DNA of 64,000 nt, taken from Candidatus Methanomethylicus oleisabuli. GTDB taxonomy: Archaea; Thermoproteota; Methanomethylicia; Methanomethylicales; Methanomethylicaceae. The stretch covers positions 307 to 64,306 of the forward strand of contig MAGU01000068.1 of assembly GCA_001717025.1 (NCBI GenBank), read 5' to 3'. Shown here one piece after another: positions 41,241-51,773 of the stretch; position 1 is the first letter of the stretch; each line of letters opens with the position of its first letter. A program made the position numbers and the translations under genes. The notes under the pieces are model-generated. The model was not told where the DNA came from, did not search any database, and was given only the letters and a program-made list of their open reading frames with translations.

Positions 41241-42032
41241 TCAAATCTTTAGTATTGGAGGGAATCTTAACTTATGCGCGTTATTATGCACCCTCTCTAC
41301 AACCTTATCCACCAGCGCATCCCCCCCCTCACCGAGAAGCCTGGCTATCTCCTCCTTTTTCATCCTCATATCCACCATCATAGTCAGTATGCCATCTATC
41401 TGCTCGTAGCTTATTCCGAGCTCCCCCTCCGCAGTCTGACCATCCCACAAGCAGGGGCTACTCCTCTTGGATATTATCCTGCTCGGAATCCCGATGCTCT
41501 CGGCAAGCTGCCTCACTTGAGTCTTATAGAGCCCACCGATCGGCAGAATGTCTGCTCCGCCGTCTCCATATTTAGTGAAATAACCTATCAGCAGTTCACT
41601 TCTATCGCTGCTGCCAACGACGATCCTGCCCTCAGAGTTGGCAAAATAGTACAGCATCAACATTCTGATCCTGGACTTGACGTTACCTTCTGCAACCTTG
41701 TTCCCCTTGCTCGCCACCGATGACAATATGCACCTAGTGGCATCCGTTATGTTCAATATCCTGTAATTGATACCCTTCGACTCTGCAAAGCTTACGGCAT
41801 CCTCAATATCCACGGGGGGGGTTGAGCCGTCTTCTGGCATTATCAGCGCAAGGACCTTGGACTTGCCTAGTGCTTCGATCGAAAGCGCTGCAACTGTTGT
41901 GGAATCTATGCCTCCACTTAGCCCAAGCACGACCCCTTTCTTTCCTACTTTCTGCCTCAAGAACTTGACGATCTTTCTCACAACCTCGTCGCTGTTGATG
42001 GAAGGTGCAACTGCAAAGCTCAACATAACCAT
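41241..42032 (-). CDS. nadE: NH3-dependent NAD+ synthetase
   Basis: PP-loop SGGIDST motif. About 260 aa. Confidence 0.8.
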   Translation of the reverse strand: MVMLSFAVAPSINSDEVVRKIVKFLRQKVGKKGVVLGLSGGIDSTTVAALSIEALGKSKVLALIMPEDGSTPPVDIEDAVSFAESKGINYRILNITDATRCILSSVASKGNKVAEGNVKSRIRMLMLYYFANSEGRIVVGSSDRSELLIGYFTKYGDGGADILPIGGLYKTQVRQLAESIGIPSRIISKRSSPCLWDGQTAEGELGISYEQIDGILTMMVDMRMKKEEIARLLGEGGDALVDKVVERVHNNAHKLRFPPILKI

Positions 42033-42112
42033 CCTAGGGGTACCATATCGATGAGTATATAAAAGCTTAAATCACTAAATAACTTCAACTGATAGGAAAG
42101 GGAGTATGATTT

Positions 42113-42442
42113 ATGGCGTCAAAAGATCAAGCAATGGGTGCTGGAATTCTAGGTGTTGCAATCATCCTTATAGTCGTCTATATCTGGGCGCTGTTCTTCT
42201 CGCCTGTAGATATGATTATTGGCGGCTATCCACTTCGTTATTGGATGGTGATCATTCCCGTTACAATTGTAGTACTTGGCGTGCTAGCCATAGCTGGTTG
42301 GATAGGCTACACAATGGCAACAACGCCGCCTCCAAAGCCCCTTGAGGACATACCCGAGTTGTCGGAGAATTCAGAGAACAAAGCAGCGCCCACTCCACCT
42401 AATACAGAGGCCACTCCACCGCCGCCACCAGAGAAGAAGTAA
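42113..42442 (+). CDS. Small membrane protein (2 TM) with Pro-rich C-terminal tail
   Basis: Two TM helices followed by TPPPKP...TPPPPPEKK. Followed by an oligo-T tract. Confidence 0.4.
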   Translation: MASKDQAMGAGILGVAIILIVVYIWALFFSPVDMIIGGYPLRYWMVIIPVTIVVLGVLAIAGWIGYTMATTPPPKPLEDIPELSENSENKAAPTPPNTEATPPPPPEKK

Positions 42443-42580
42443 TGCCAATTTCTTGGGCAATCTGCCCTTTTTTTAATAAAACGAATATCGTTAAATCGTA
42501 GGCATTCCATACTGCTTAATGCCAGAAGGCACGGTTTGGTGATGAAACGTGTCACTCTGGTGCTGAATCGTTATGGGTGA

Positions 42581-43267
42581 ATGGAAATGGGCATCCAATA
42601 CCCTCTGATAATAATCAATTTCAAGACATACTCTGAATCAACGGGTGCAAATGCCTTGTTAATAGCAAGGTGCGCAGAGAGGGTAAGCAAAGAATATGGT
42701 GCTTGCATAGCGGTTGCGCCTCAGCCTGCCGACATTCTAAGAGTAGCATCTGTTGTAGAGATACCCGTGTTTGCGCAACACGTCGACACAGAAAAGCCTG
42801 GACCGCATACCGGCTATATCACGCCCGAATCGGTGAAGGAAGCAGGCGCCTGTGGAACGCTCATCAATCACTCTGAGCACAGGCTTCGCATAGACCTGAT
42901 TGAAGAGTCCATCAATAGATGTCGATCTTTGGGCATTATAACGTGCGCATGCGCAAACTCATCGCTGGTGGGGAAATCACTTGCGGCGTTCGAGCCTGAC
43001 ATGATAGCCGTGGAGCCGCCGGAACTGATTGGCGGCGGCGTCTCCGTCTCAAAAGCCAAGCCAGGGATCATATCGGAGTCGGTCAGTGCAATACGTAGCG
43101 TAAGTATTGCCGTCCGGCCACTGTGTGGGGCAGGCATAACTGATGGAGAAGATGTCTCCGCCTCCATGAAGCTTGGCGCAGAAGGAGTCTTGGTAGCATC
43201 AGGAGTTGTCAAGGCAAAAGATCCCGGAGCCGTGCTAGTCGAATTTGCGAAGGCAATTCGTCAATGA
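42581..43267 (+). CDS. tpiA: Triosephosphate isomerase (archaeal short form)
   Basis: About 228 aa. PLIIINFKTY N-terminus and catalytic-loop conservation. Confidence 0.8.
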   Translation: MEMGIQYPLIIINFKTYSESTGANALLIARCAERVSKEYGACIAVAPQPADILRVASVVEIPVFAQHVDTEKPGPHTGYITPESVKEAGACGTLINHSEHRLRIDLIEESINRCRSLGIITCACANSSLVGKSLAAFEPDMIAVEPPELIGGGVSVSKAKPGIISESVSAIRSVSIAVRPLCGAGITDGEDVSASMKLGAEGVLVASGVVKAKDPGAVLVEFAKAIRQ

Positions 43268-43342
43268 TATTTGTACACTTTTATACATAAATGCTTAAAT
43301 ATGTAGACTTAGTGCTATCTTAGTCTAAGGTGTAACTTATGG

Positions 43343-44707
43343 GTGACTGTCTTTGGCACCAATGCCGTAAGGATCGACCTGCCGGTCGATGACATTCCGA
43401 AATACTGGTATAATATTCTGCCTGATCTGCCTGAACCGTGCCCCCCGCCGCTGGATCCGAAAACCAGGGCTCCAGCAGGGCCAGAGTCTCTCAGCAAGAT
43501 CTTCTCAAAGAGCTTGCTGGCTCAGGAGATGTCGACTGAGCGGTTCATAAAGATTCCTGAAGAGATCAGGTCAGTGTATGTCAACCTATCCAGGCCCACG
43601 CCGATATTTCGGGCAAGGCGCCTGGAGAAGTATCTTAAGACCCCTGCTGAGATATACTTCAAGTATGAGGGTATCTCGCCTCTTGGGAGCCATAAAGGAA
43701 ATACTGCTGTTGCCCAGGCCTACTACAACATGATCGATGGCACACAGCGCCTTGTAACAGAAACGGGCGCCGGGCAGTGGGGAACCGCCCTCGCCCTCTC
43801 TTGCAGCCTCTTCGATATGAAGTGCAGGGTCTTCATGACGCGAGCCTCACATGATCAGAAGCCTTACAGGCGCCTGTTAATGGAGATGTATGGTGCAGAG
43901 GTCTTCGCGTCGCCAAGTAATGTAACCGAATTCGGGCGAAAGACCCTGAATGAGCGCCCTGATCATCCTGGCAGCCTTGGCGTTGCAATAAGCGAGGCTA
44001 TCGAGGTCGTTCTGGAAGACCCCCTCTCTAAGTACTGCTTGGGGTCTGTGCTGAACCATGTTCTGCTTCATCAGACCGTTATTGGGCAGGAGGCAAAGAT
44101 GCAGATGGACCTTATCGACCGCAAGCCTGATTTCGTTATAGCCTGCGTCGGCGGTGGTAGTAACTTTGGAGGCATAGCCTATCCGTTCATTCAGGATAAG
44201 CTAAAGGGTGCCTCGGAGGCCGAGTTCATAGCGGTTGAACCTACCGCCGTCCCCTCGTTAACCAAGGGGGTATATACATACGACTTCGGAGATACTGCCG
44301 GTCTGACTCCTCTGTTGCCCATGTATACGGTTGGTCACGAATTCGTGTCCCCTCCCATACACGCCGGAGGTCTCAGATACCATGGAAAGGCGCCATCGCT
44401 GAGCTCGCTAGTCAAGAGCAAGGTCGTGAAGCCGGCAGCTCTAAACCAGTGCGAGGTATTCGAGGCAGGAAAGGTCTTCTGCAGGCTAGAAGGTGTATTG
44501 CCCGCTCCGGAGAGCGCCCATGCCCTATGCATGGCAATGAATGTTGCTGAAGAGTGCCGAAAGAAGAATGAGAAGAAGGTCATACTCTTCAACATGAGCG
44601 GGCACGGCCTGCTTGACCTAGGCGGTTACGGCGAGTACCTTGCAGGAAAGCTGAACGACTGCCCTCCAGGCAAGATAGACTTCAATGGAGTATTGAAGTG
44701 CGCATAA
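43343..44707 (+). CDS. trpB: Tryptophan synthase beta-like PLP enzyme, TrpB2 type
   Basis: N-terminal [15 protein letters not shown] extension typical of TrpB2. PLP-lysine region [11 protein letters not shown] start. Confidence 0.8.
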   Translation: MTVFGTNAVRIDLPVDDIPKYWYNILPDLPEPCPPPLDPKTRAPAGPESLSKIFSKSLLAQEMSTERFIKIPEEIRSVYVNLSRPTPIFRARRLEKYLKTPAEIYFKYEGISPLGSHKGNTAVAQAYYNMIDGTQRLVTETGAGQWGTALALSCSLFDMKCRVFMTRASHDQKPYRRLLMEMYGAEVFASPSNVTEFGRKTLNERPDHPGSLGVAISEAIEVVLEDPLSKYCLGSVLNHVLLHQTVIGQEAKMQMDLIDRKPDFVIACVGGGSNFGGIAYPFIQDKLKGASEAEFIAVEPTAVPSLTKGVYTYDFGDTAGLTPLLPMYTVGHEFVSPPIHAGGLRYHGKAPSLSSLVKSKVVKPAALNQCEVFEAGKVFCRLEGVLPAPESAHALCMAMNVAEECRKKNEKKVILFNMSGHGLLDLGGYGEYLAGKLNDCPPGKIDFNGVLKCA

Positions 44708-44785
44708 TGCGCACCTTTTTTTAAACCTTTAAAAGGCAGTTGCACCTTATTAATCCCCGATACTTTGCTTTCGGAGGTGAACAAT

Positions 44786-45094
44786 GTGGCTGAAGAAGTA
44801 AAAGCTCCTATAAACACTGCAATGCCTAGGGACGTTATCCTGGTCGGCAAGAAACCAATTATGAGCTATGCGACAGCTGCACTTATGCAGCTTAAGGAGA
44901 GCAACGCCATCACCATCAAGGCCAGGGGTATGTCTATCTCTTCTGCAGTCGACGTTGCTGAAGTGCTGACTAAGAAACTAATGAGAGACGAGGCATTCGT
45001 TGAATCAGTAACGATCGGTACAGTAAAGCTAGGCGAACCAGAAAGGAACGTTTCTACAATCGAGATCAAAGTGGCAAACAAGGCAAAGAAGTGA
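44786..45094 (+). CDS. albA: Chromatin protein Alba
   Basis: VILVGKKPIMSYATAAL...ITIKARGMSISSAVDVAEVL. GTG start 6 nt after GGAGGTGA. A TTG at 44765 is an alternative. Confidence 0.8.
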   Translation: MAEEVKAPINTAMPRDVILVGKKPIMSYATAALMQLKESNAITIKARGMSISSAVDVAEVLTKKLMRDEAFVESVTIGTVKLGEPERNVSTIEIKVANKAKK

Positions 45095-45099
45095 TCTCA

Positions 45100-45125
45100 G
45101 AAACGCCTTTTTTTCCATTTTTTAC
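45100..45125 (+). terminator. Oligo-T terminator after alba
   Basis: CGCCTTTTTTTCCATTTTTTAC. Confidence 0.4.
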
Positions 45126-45173
45126 AGCACCGCTCATTTTAACTGGTCTAGGTCCAGCCGCTTATGTCTTAAT

Positions 45174-45677
45174 TCAACTCAACGAGACCTTCGTGACTGT
45201 AGGCACCTTCAAGAGCTCGGAAACCACGTTCCCTGGCACTTGCCTATCTGTAATTATGAGCAACTTTGGGTCTGGGTTCACATCCGGGTCTTCCGCGAGT
45301 ATCTGCCTGATGCCCACGTTAGCATTTGCTATTATCTCCGTCGCTTTCGAGATCACCCCTACCGCATCAGGTCGCGCCCTGATTTCGACTACGCCAAAGC
45401 CGAACATCGGCGCAACATCCTTCAGGAAGCTTCCAGCCGGCTTAAGACCCGTGAATATCTTCTTCATCTTGGGATCATGAAGGATGTCTTCTACAGTCTC
45501 CCTGACGACCCTTCTGTCCACCTTGGCAGCTCTAGCTATGCTGGAATCTGTTATCTCGACCTCGCCGCAAGCTATCTTAGTATCCTCATTTATCCTAAAT
45601 CCTAATTCTACCATCAGCCTTGCGACCTTGAGCTTTGCGGGGGCGCATCCAAAGAAAGCCGTGATCTCCTTCCACAT
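45174..45677 (-). CDS. Predicted regulator of amino-acid metabolism with ACT domain (COG2150-like)
   Basis: About 167 aa from MWKEITAFFG. ACT-like C-terminal domain. Confidence 0.55.
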   Translation of the reverse strand: MWKEITAFFGCAPAKLKVARLMVELGFRINEDTKIACGEVEITDSSIARAAKVDRRVVRETVEDILHDPKMKKIFTGLKPAGSFLKDVAPMFGFGVVEIRARPDAVGVISKATEIIANANVGIRQILAEDPDVNPDPKLLIITDRQVPGNVVSELLKVPTVTKVSLS

Positions 45678-45788
45678 GTATCCCACTATGTATGTTTTTG
45701 TTCGTGAATGGCTATATATGACTATTGGATGCACCACTCGTATTTTCCCATCATCATGCACTTTGGAGGCATCGTAACGAAGTCGATC

Positions 45789-46343
45789 CTAATCGAAACC
45801 AACAAGTATGGTGCCTAGCTTCGGGTCTTTCGTATCGAGCCCCATCCTCTTCTTTATGTAGCTGTCTACGGGGGGCGATGGGCTTCCGACTACCGCATAA
45901 GGCCCTAGCCTATCTGGCATCTCTAGCGGCAATATCTGAACCCGCATCTCATCCCGCTCCTCCTTCATTTTTCCCATCTTGTCCTTATAGAAGACTATCT
46001 CCCCGACAACTATGTCGCCCCTCTGTTTGCACTCTTCTATCTTTGCAGGGTCTATGACCTCCTCTCCAATCAGCTCAGATCCACAGGTCAACTTTATCAA
46101 TGAGCAACGCGGCCACTGCATAGTTCCATCTGTTAGTCCGCCTACCAAGTTCTTCCTCTTTAGCGCCTCCCGCACGCCGACATTGATGCCTTTGCATAAC
46201 CCCATCAGGACGCTATTCTCCGCCTCACTCTCGAGCCTCTCAATCTCCGCGCGGTCCTTATCATTCAACTCAATTGTCCGTATGATTCCTTGCATCGTGG
46301 AGAGCTCTTTCAGGACATCGATTTTGTAGTTATCTGCTGACAT
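45789..46343 (-). CDS. Hypothetical protein, last gene of the Mmp/A2/RACo operon
   Basis: 14-nt overlap with the upstream RACo-like gene. 184 aa with no recognised domain. Confidence 0.4.
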   Translation of the reverse strand: MSADNYKIDVLKELSTMQGIIRTIELNDKDRAEIERLESEAENSVLMGLCKGINVGVREALKRKNLVGGLTDGTMQWPRCSLIKLTCGSELIGEEVIDPAKIEECKQRGDIVVGEIVFYKDKMGKMKEERDEMRVQILPLEMPDRLGPYAVVGSPSPPVDSYIKKRMGLDTKDPKLGTILVGFD

Positions 46344-48222
46344 ATACTCTGACCACCTTGGGCGCCTTTATCGACCCTGCCGTTTCAGGGAACATATTTA
46401 GCCTGCTATTGGGCATATACATCGCATTGATGTACTCCTCAGTAAATATCGGCTCGGCCGCCAACTCAATGTACTTCATCCTATCTGCGACCTCTATAGC
46501 CTCGCGTCTAAGATCGAGCGACTTCAAGCATATCCGTGCGCCGGACCCTGCTGTATTCCCCGTAAATGATATCCTATCCAGTGGAACTTCAGGTATCATA
46601 CCGAGCACTCTAGCGCTGGCAGGGTCTATATAATTCCCAAACGCGCCGGCGATGATTATCTCATTCAATTCTGCCGTTGTATGTCCGCTCTTCCTCATAA
46701 GCGTCATATACCCGCCAAACATTGCTGCCTTAGCCTTTTGGATCTCCCTTACGTCATCCTGGGATACGACGATGTCCTCCTTTCCAGACGCTGTCTCCTC
46801 CTTCGGCACAAGCACAAACTCCTTTCCCATCGGCGTGACCCTGACTCCCTTGTGCCCTTCCACTAGTTTCCCGGACGTGTCTAGTGCTCCGCACTTGAGC
46901 ATCTCCGCTATGGCATCAATTATCCCTGAGCCGCAGATACCCCTTGCCTTTTCATCGTCTATGGTCTTGTATATTACCTCATCTTCTATGATTCTTACCT
47001 TCTCAACCGCCCCGTTCGCAGCACGCATGCCATTCTTTATATGCGCCCCCTCAAAGGCAGGCCCTGAAGCTGTCGAGCATGACCATATGCCTTCCCTGCC
47101 TCCAAGCATGACCTCCGTGTTCGTTCCGACATCCATCAGCAATGTCAGCTTCTCCTTCTCATGCAGCCTACATGCGAGGGCGTCCGCTATCGCATCCGCC
47201 CCGACGAACCCCGCAACGTTAGGGAGCACATGGACGTTTCCTGATGCGTTGATTGATATTCCAAGGTCCCTAGCCTTGATGTCATACGCCCTGCCCAATC
47301 CTGCCGGGTATGGCGCCAGTCCTAGGCTCTTAGTGTTGACCCCCACAAAGAGGTGGTGCATAGCCGTATTGCCAACCGCGACCATTTCGTATAGCTCCCG
47401 CCTTTCAATGCCTGTTTCTGTGAGCCCTTTCTCTATGAGCTCATTTATGCCATCGACTATTGCCTTCTGCACCTCGCCGAGCTCTCTTTCACCTTGGGCG
47501 GCGTAGTTGATGCGCGATATGACGTCCTCGCCGAACCTTATCTGGGGATTCATCATACCATCTGCGAATGCTATCCCGCCATCCATGAGGTCAACAATGA
47601 AGACCGCGAGTTTCGTAGTTCCGATATCAACCGCAACGCCAAAGGACCTCTTTCTAGTATCGCCCTCCTCGACCCCTATGACCTCTTTCCCTCCGAGGAT
47701 CACTGCCGTGACCTTCCAGTCGGCCCTTCTCAATATCGTCGCAATCTTCGTGGCAATTCTGTAGTCAAGCCTGACATCCAAGACCCCTTTTGAGCCAAGT
47801 GAAGAGTACAGTCTGATGTCATCCGCAACAGTATCGTGGAGCGTGGGCGGCGCGAGCTCAAGGTAAACCTTCTCCACGTTGCTCCTGATCTTGACGGGTG
47901 GCTCCTTACCCATTATCACTAGCCGTTGCCTGCCAACTCTGCTCTGGTCTGGAACCCTTATTGTAACGTTTCCCTTGACCTTAGCTAAGCAAGCAAATCT
48001 GTAGCCCTTCTCGGCCTTCTCCTTTGGGATCCTCTTCAGTTCAACATCTGTGATGGGAGAGACTTCCCCCTCTATGACCTCGACAAGACATTTGCCACAT
48101 AGCGACTTGCCGCCGCATATTGAAGCTATATCGACCTCGCCTTTGACTGCAGCACTCATGAGTGTCGTTCCTTCAGGCACCAAAACCCTCTTGCCCTCTG
48201 GCAAAAATTTCACTTCAAACAT
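46330..48222 (-). CDS. RACo-like ATP-dependent reductive activase: N-terminal plant-type [2Fe-2S] ferredoxin domain + C-terminal ASKHA ATPase (COG3894/DUF4445)
   Basis: CGGKSLCGKC...C ferredoxin motif. Long ASKHA domain (VDIGTTK, DVGTNTE, GICGSG). Start MFEVKFLPEG, 8-nt overlap with the upstream A2 paralog. Confidence 0.7.
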   Translation of the reverse strand: MFEVKFLPEGKRVLVPEGTTLMSAAVKGEVDIASICGGKSLCGKCLVEVIEGEVSPITDVELKRIPKEKAEKGYRFACLAKVKGNVTIRVPDQSRVGRQRLVIMGKEPPVKIRSNVEKVYLELAPPTLHDTVADDIRLYSSLGSKGVLDVRLDYRIATKIATILRRADWKVTAVILGGKEVIGVEEGDTRKRSFGVAVDIGTTKLAVFIVDLMDGGIAFADGMMNPQIRFGEDVISRINYAAQGERELGEVQKAIVDGINELIEKGLTETGIERRELYEMVAVGNTAMHHLFVGVNTKSLGLAPYPAGLGRAYDIKARDLGISINASGNVHVLPNVAGFVGADAIADALACRLHEKEKLTLLMDVGTNTEVMLGGREGIWSCSTASGPAFEGAHIKNGMRAANGAVEKVRIIEDEVIYKTIDDEKARGICGSGIIDAIAEMLKCGALDTSGKLVEGHKGVRVTPMGKEFVLVPKEETASGKEDIVVSQDDVREIQKAKAAMFGGYMTLMRKSGHTTAELNEIIIAGAFGNYIDPASARVLGMIPEVPLDRISFTGNTAGSGARICLKSLDLRREAIEVADRMKYIELAAEPIFTEEYINAMYMPNSRLNMFPETAGSIKAPKVVRVYVSR

Positions 48223-49891
48223 TGTCACATGTCTCCATGAATCTACCAACAACTTCTTTCGGCTGCCCATCCGATATTACTTTCCCATTTTTTATCAAAA
48301 TACATCGATCCGAGACCTCCTCGACGAAATCAAGCTGGTGGCTCACAAGCACTATTGCTGGCTTTAGCGTCTGCTTTATGCGTTTTAATGAGTTTGATAC
48401 TATCCTGAGCGTCCGTGGGTCCAGATCCCCGAATGGCTCATCGAGTATAATGATACGTGGCTTTGCAATTACGGCCAATGCAAGTGCTACCCTTACCTTC
48501 TCTCCTCCTGAGAGTTCGTACACATGTCTATCGAGAATCTCGCTGCCAAGACCCATCAGCCCCAAGGCTGAAAGCGCAACCTCCTTCGCTATCTCGGGGT
48601 CCTTGCTTCTGAAGAGCGATTTAAGGACCTCTCGATCTATTCCTATCTCCCTCAACTTTGCTTGGACCTCTGCATCAGGCATATCTGCGACCCTGTGGAG
48701 GGCATCGACTGTTTCATCACTGATTCCGGCCTTCTTTGCCCTTTTGAGCGCATCCTCTACCATTTTATAATCTTTGATTCCTACCTTCGCCGCGAAGAGC
48801 TCCAAGACTCTTGACCAGTATGAGAGGTCAAACTCTTGGTGAAGTATGCCAATCTGCCTCCTTGCGTGCATGCTGCTCCTCCCTAGTTTCTGTAGTTTGA
48901 CCCACTCGTCCTTGTAAATGACATTGACCTCGCCCGAGTCGGGCATCTCAAGACCTGCCAACATCCTCAATAAAACCGTCTTTCCAGCGCCAGAAGGACC
49001 GATGATGCCTGTTATCTCTCCTCGCCTGAACTCGAGGTTCGTATTATACAGCTCAAATACCTTGCCATATGGTACGAGTTTGTAGACTCTTGTAACATCC
49101 TTAAACGCCATTGCTACAGGCCCCTTCAGAACCGATTTTGGCAATGGCGGCTCCATCTTTGAGAGATATCTATTCAAAACGCCCTCTACGTCGCCGCTGT
49201 CCGCAATCCTGCCCCCCTCAATCAGGATCATCCTCTTGGCAAGAGCTCTGTGAAAATTTGGGTTATGGGAGGCAAATATTATCGCCATGTCGAGCTCCTT
49301 GTTTGCCCTCCTGAGTGCATCTATCAGGTCAATCCTAGTCTCTGGGCAGGTCATAGTGCCAGGCTCGTCCAACAGAAGCAACTTCGGTCTCCTTGCAATC
49401 TGCCTCGCTACTATCAGCCTCTGCTTCTCCCCGCCGCTCAGAACCTCCGACCACAAATCTGCCCTGCTGTCCAATCGCACTATCCTGAGTAGCTCCATCG
49501 CCTCCTCCCTGTGCTCCTCATATTCACCCTCGTCCTGAGGCATTGACTCCTCTCCCATTTCGACATACCTCATAGCCCTGATCACGTTATCCACTGCCGA
49601 GTCAGGCCATAGCCCAAAGTTCCTCTGTAGCTGTATTGCTGTCTTTTCTTGGAGCTGGATGTAGGTGCTCTTGGGCGAATCCGGTCTTACTTCAACGTCC
49701 CCAATCTTTATCGAACCACTATCAAAAGGCTCGACCCCCCTCAATATTCGCAACAAGCTGCTCTTTCCGGCGCCGCTGCCTCCCATGATTCCCAACATCT
49801 CTCCCTCGCCCAAGGAGAATGAGACGTCGTTCAAAGCCGTTATTTTGCCGTCAAGGTATGTCTTCTTTAGCCCGTTAACCTCAAGTAACAT
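48215..49891 (-). CDS. Second MCR component A2-like double-NBD ABC ATPase (paralog)
   Basis: Walker A GGSGAGKS / GPSGAGKT, signatures LSGGEKQR / LSGGEKVR. No TMD. Embedded in the Mmp cluster. Confidence 0.65.
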   Translation of the reverse strand: MLLEVNGLKKTYLDGKITALNDVSFSLGEGEMLGIMGGSGAGKSSLLRILRGVEPFDSGSIKIGDVEVRPDSPKSTYIQLQEKTAIQLQRNFGLWPDSAVDNVIRAMRYVEMGEESMPQDEGEYEEHREEAMELLRIVRLDSRADLWSEVLSGGEKQRLIVARQIARRPKLLLLDEPGTMTCPETRIDLIDALRRANKELDMAIIFASHNPNFHRALAKRMILIEGGRIADSGDVEGVLNRYLSKMEPPLPKSVLKGPVAMAFKDVTRVYKLVPYGKVFELYNTNLEFRRGEITGIIGPSGAGKTVLLRMLAGLEMPDSGEVNVIYKDEWVKLQKLGRSSMHARRQIGILHQEFDLSYWSRVLELFAAKVGIKDYKMVEDALKRAKKAGISDETVDALHRVADMPDAEVQAKLREIGIDREVLKSLFRSKDPEIAKEVALSALGLMGLGSEILDRHVYELSGGEKVRVALALAVIAKPRIIILDEPFGDLDPRTLRIVSNSLKRIKQTLKPAIVLVSHQLDFVEEVSDRCILIKNGKVISDGQPKEVVGRFMETCDNV

Positions 49892-49900
49892 TTTTAGACC

Positions 49901-50809
49901 TCACTGGAACATCGATGCGGGAAGAACCTTCACTAATATGTAGTCCCTCATCTGTGATCTCTTAATCATCGCGAACCCTCCTAGGCGCTTGCCATTAATC
50001 ACAATATTGCTTACTCTGTCCTTGTACTCATCATAGTTGAGCTTGATCCTGACGCCATCTATTTTTAACGTGACCGGGTTCGGCGAGAGTGCCTCCTTTG
50101 CCTCGGGGATCTGCCTCTCCACCTCGTCCTTGACGACCGTCGGCTCCAATACAAGCGGGTCTAGATCAAGCTCCCTGCGCCTCTCCTCTACGACCTTCCC
50201 GGCCATCTCAGAGACCGACTTGAGCTTGTTTATCATGTCCCCCGTCCTAGCGCGTTCCGGATACCTTCCGATCCCGCCGACATATCCATGCGCCCCCTCT
50301 ATGCTTCCAATCTCAGGTCCTCCAGTCACTATGACCGGGATGGCTAAGTCCTTGTAGAGCTGGGGTTTATACTTGACTAAGCAATGCTCAAAATTGCCTA
50401 GCGTGAAGACTGCAATGTCGTGCTCTTCTATCAGTTCCCTCTCCTTAGGGGAGCTGTGCACTATCTTCTGCCCCACCCCCCTAGAGAGCCCAATGATGTT
50501 TGTCTTTGCCCCGTGCCTCCTTAGGTTCTCCGCAACATCACATGCTGGATGGGGCAGATGGTGCCTCGACAGGGTCGGCGCGACAACTGCAACCTCGACT
50601 CCAATAAGTGGCGCCGGCGTGATCTTCCCCCTAACCTCGGCCGCCAACTTATTTAACTTTTCCAGCTCCTCCTCAGGAACTGCGAGATTCATTATGAGGT
50701 CAAGCCCAGCAACATTCTTCTGGACTACGAACCCGCCGACATCCTCAATGAATTCCGTGATCATCTCGTGCCTGTAGAGGCCGCCCTCGAAGAGGAGATA
50801 CTTCAGCAT
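49901..50809 (-). CDS. Candidate methanogenesis marker protein 7
   Basis: About 302 aa. Position between the Mmp17-like and A2 genes, as in canonical Mcr-associated clusters. Assignment by size and context only. Confidence 0.45.
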   Translation of the reverse strand: MLKYLLFEGGLYRHEMITEFIEDVGGFVVQKNVAGLDLIMNLAVPEEELEKLNKLAAEVRGKITPAPLIGVEVAVVAPTLSRHHLPHPACDVAENLRRHGAKTNIIGLSRGVGQKIVHSSPKERELIEEHDIAVFTLGNFEHCLVKYKPQLYKDLAIPVIVTGGPEIGSIEGAHGYVGGIGRYPERARTGDMINKLKSVSEMAGKVVEERRRELDLDPLVLEPTVVKDEVERQIPEAKEALSPNPVTLKIDGVRIKLNYDEYKDRVSNIVINGKRLGGFAMIKRSQMRDYILVKVLPASMFQ

Positions 50810-50810
50810 A

Positions 50811-51359
50811 TCACAGCCTCCATGCCGCCTCTGCTTGCCTCTTCCACTCTTCCTTTATGGGATCCTCTGCAGCAACTATTGTGATCTCGCCATCTTTCTT
50901 TATGACATGACGCACGCGGAACCCTTCGGGTATTATGCGCAATGCTAGCTCATTCACCTTTGATCCAACGTCGATTGGCTTATCGCGTATCTTTAGCCTC
51001 TTTACATCCTCTGCCTCAACACCATCGACCCTTATCTCCAACCTGCTGCCCTGCTCAACCCTGTCTCTCCCGTATGTTGTCCATAGCGTCTTGAGTGCGT
51101 CCCCAACGTCAACCTCGCTGTAGAGGGTTATCTTCACCCCGTCCATGCGCGACTCTATGCTCCCTAGATCTGCTATACTGTTCTTACCTGCGAACTCTTT
51201 GTACCTTATGCTTATTATGAAAAATGGTTCTTCTGGTCTTATGCACATCCAAATGCCTTCGACAGTGCCTGTAAGTCCCAAGTCCTCAACGGTCTTCTCT
51301 GCGATGTACTTGTACTGCTCCCCTCCGGTTCTATCAGTGGAATCGACGGTTGTCTGCAT
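50811..51359 (-). CDS. Candidate methanogenesis marker protein 17
   Basis: 182 aa, by size and context. Confidence 0.35.
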   Translation of the reverse strand: MQTTVDSTDRTGGEQYKYIAEKTVEDLGLTGTVEGIWMCIRPEEPFFIISIRYKEFAGKNSIADLGSIESRMDGVKITLYSEVDVGDALKTLWTTYGRDRVEQGSRLEIRVDGVEAEDVKRLKIRDKPIDVGSKVNELALRIIPEGFRVRHVIKKDGEITIVAAEDPIKEEWKRQAEAAWRL

Positions 51360-51773
51360 TCAGCTCTCACCGCCCTCCATGATCTTCTTAAGCTTGTCGA
51401 CCTCGATCTTGCGCTTCCCCTCATCCTCTTTCCCCTCAATCGCTGGGCTTTCCAGCGCCTTCGATACATTCTTCAAGACCTCCCTCTCCATAGAAAGCAT
51501 GTGATAGCCTGGCCTTGGTCCACCGCCCCTCTTAGCACGGCAGATGCGATTGTCGCCAATCTTGTAGCCCCTCTGCTTGTAAAATACCCTATTCGGATCT
51601 ATGGCCTTGAGCTCATTTATTGTTGCCATCACCTTCTCCTCCTCGCCCTCAAGAAGGAGTCCATAGCAAGTCTCTTTGTAGTCCACGTCCCCTCTACTTG
51701 CTACCTTCTCCGCGAGCATCGACGGCGTCAGGTTGGAATCTGAAGAGAGCACCACAAGGTAAGTCTTTATCAT
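51360..51773 (-). CDS. Candidate methanogenesis marker protein 6
   Basis: 137 aa, by size and context. ATGA overlap with the upstream gene. Confidence 0.35.
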   Translation of the reverse strand: MIKTYLVVLSSDSNLTPSMLAEKVASRGDVDYKETCYGLLLEGEEEKVMATINELKAIDPNRVFYKQRGYKIGDNRICRAKRGGGPRPGYHMLSMEREVLKNVSKALESPAIEGKEDEGKRKIEVDKLKKIMEGGES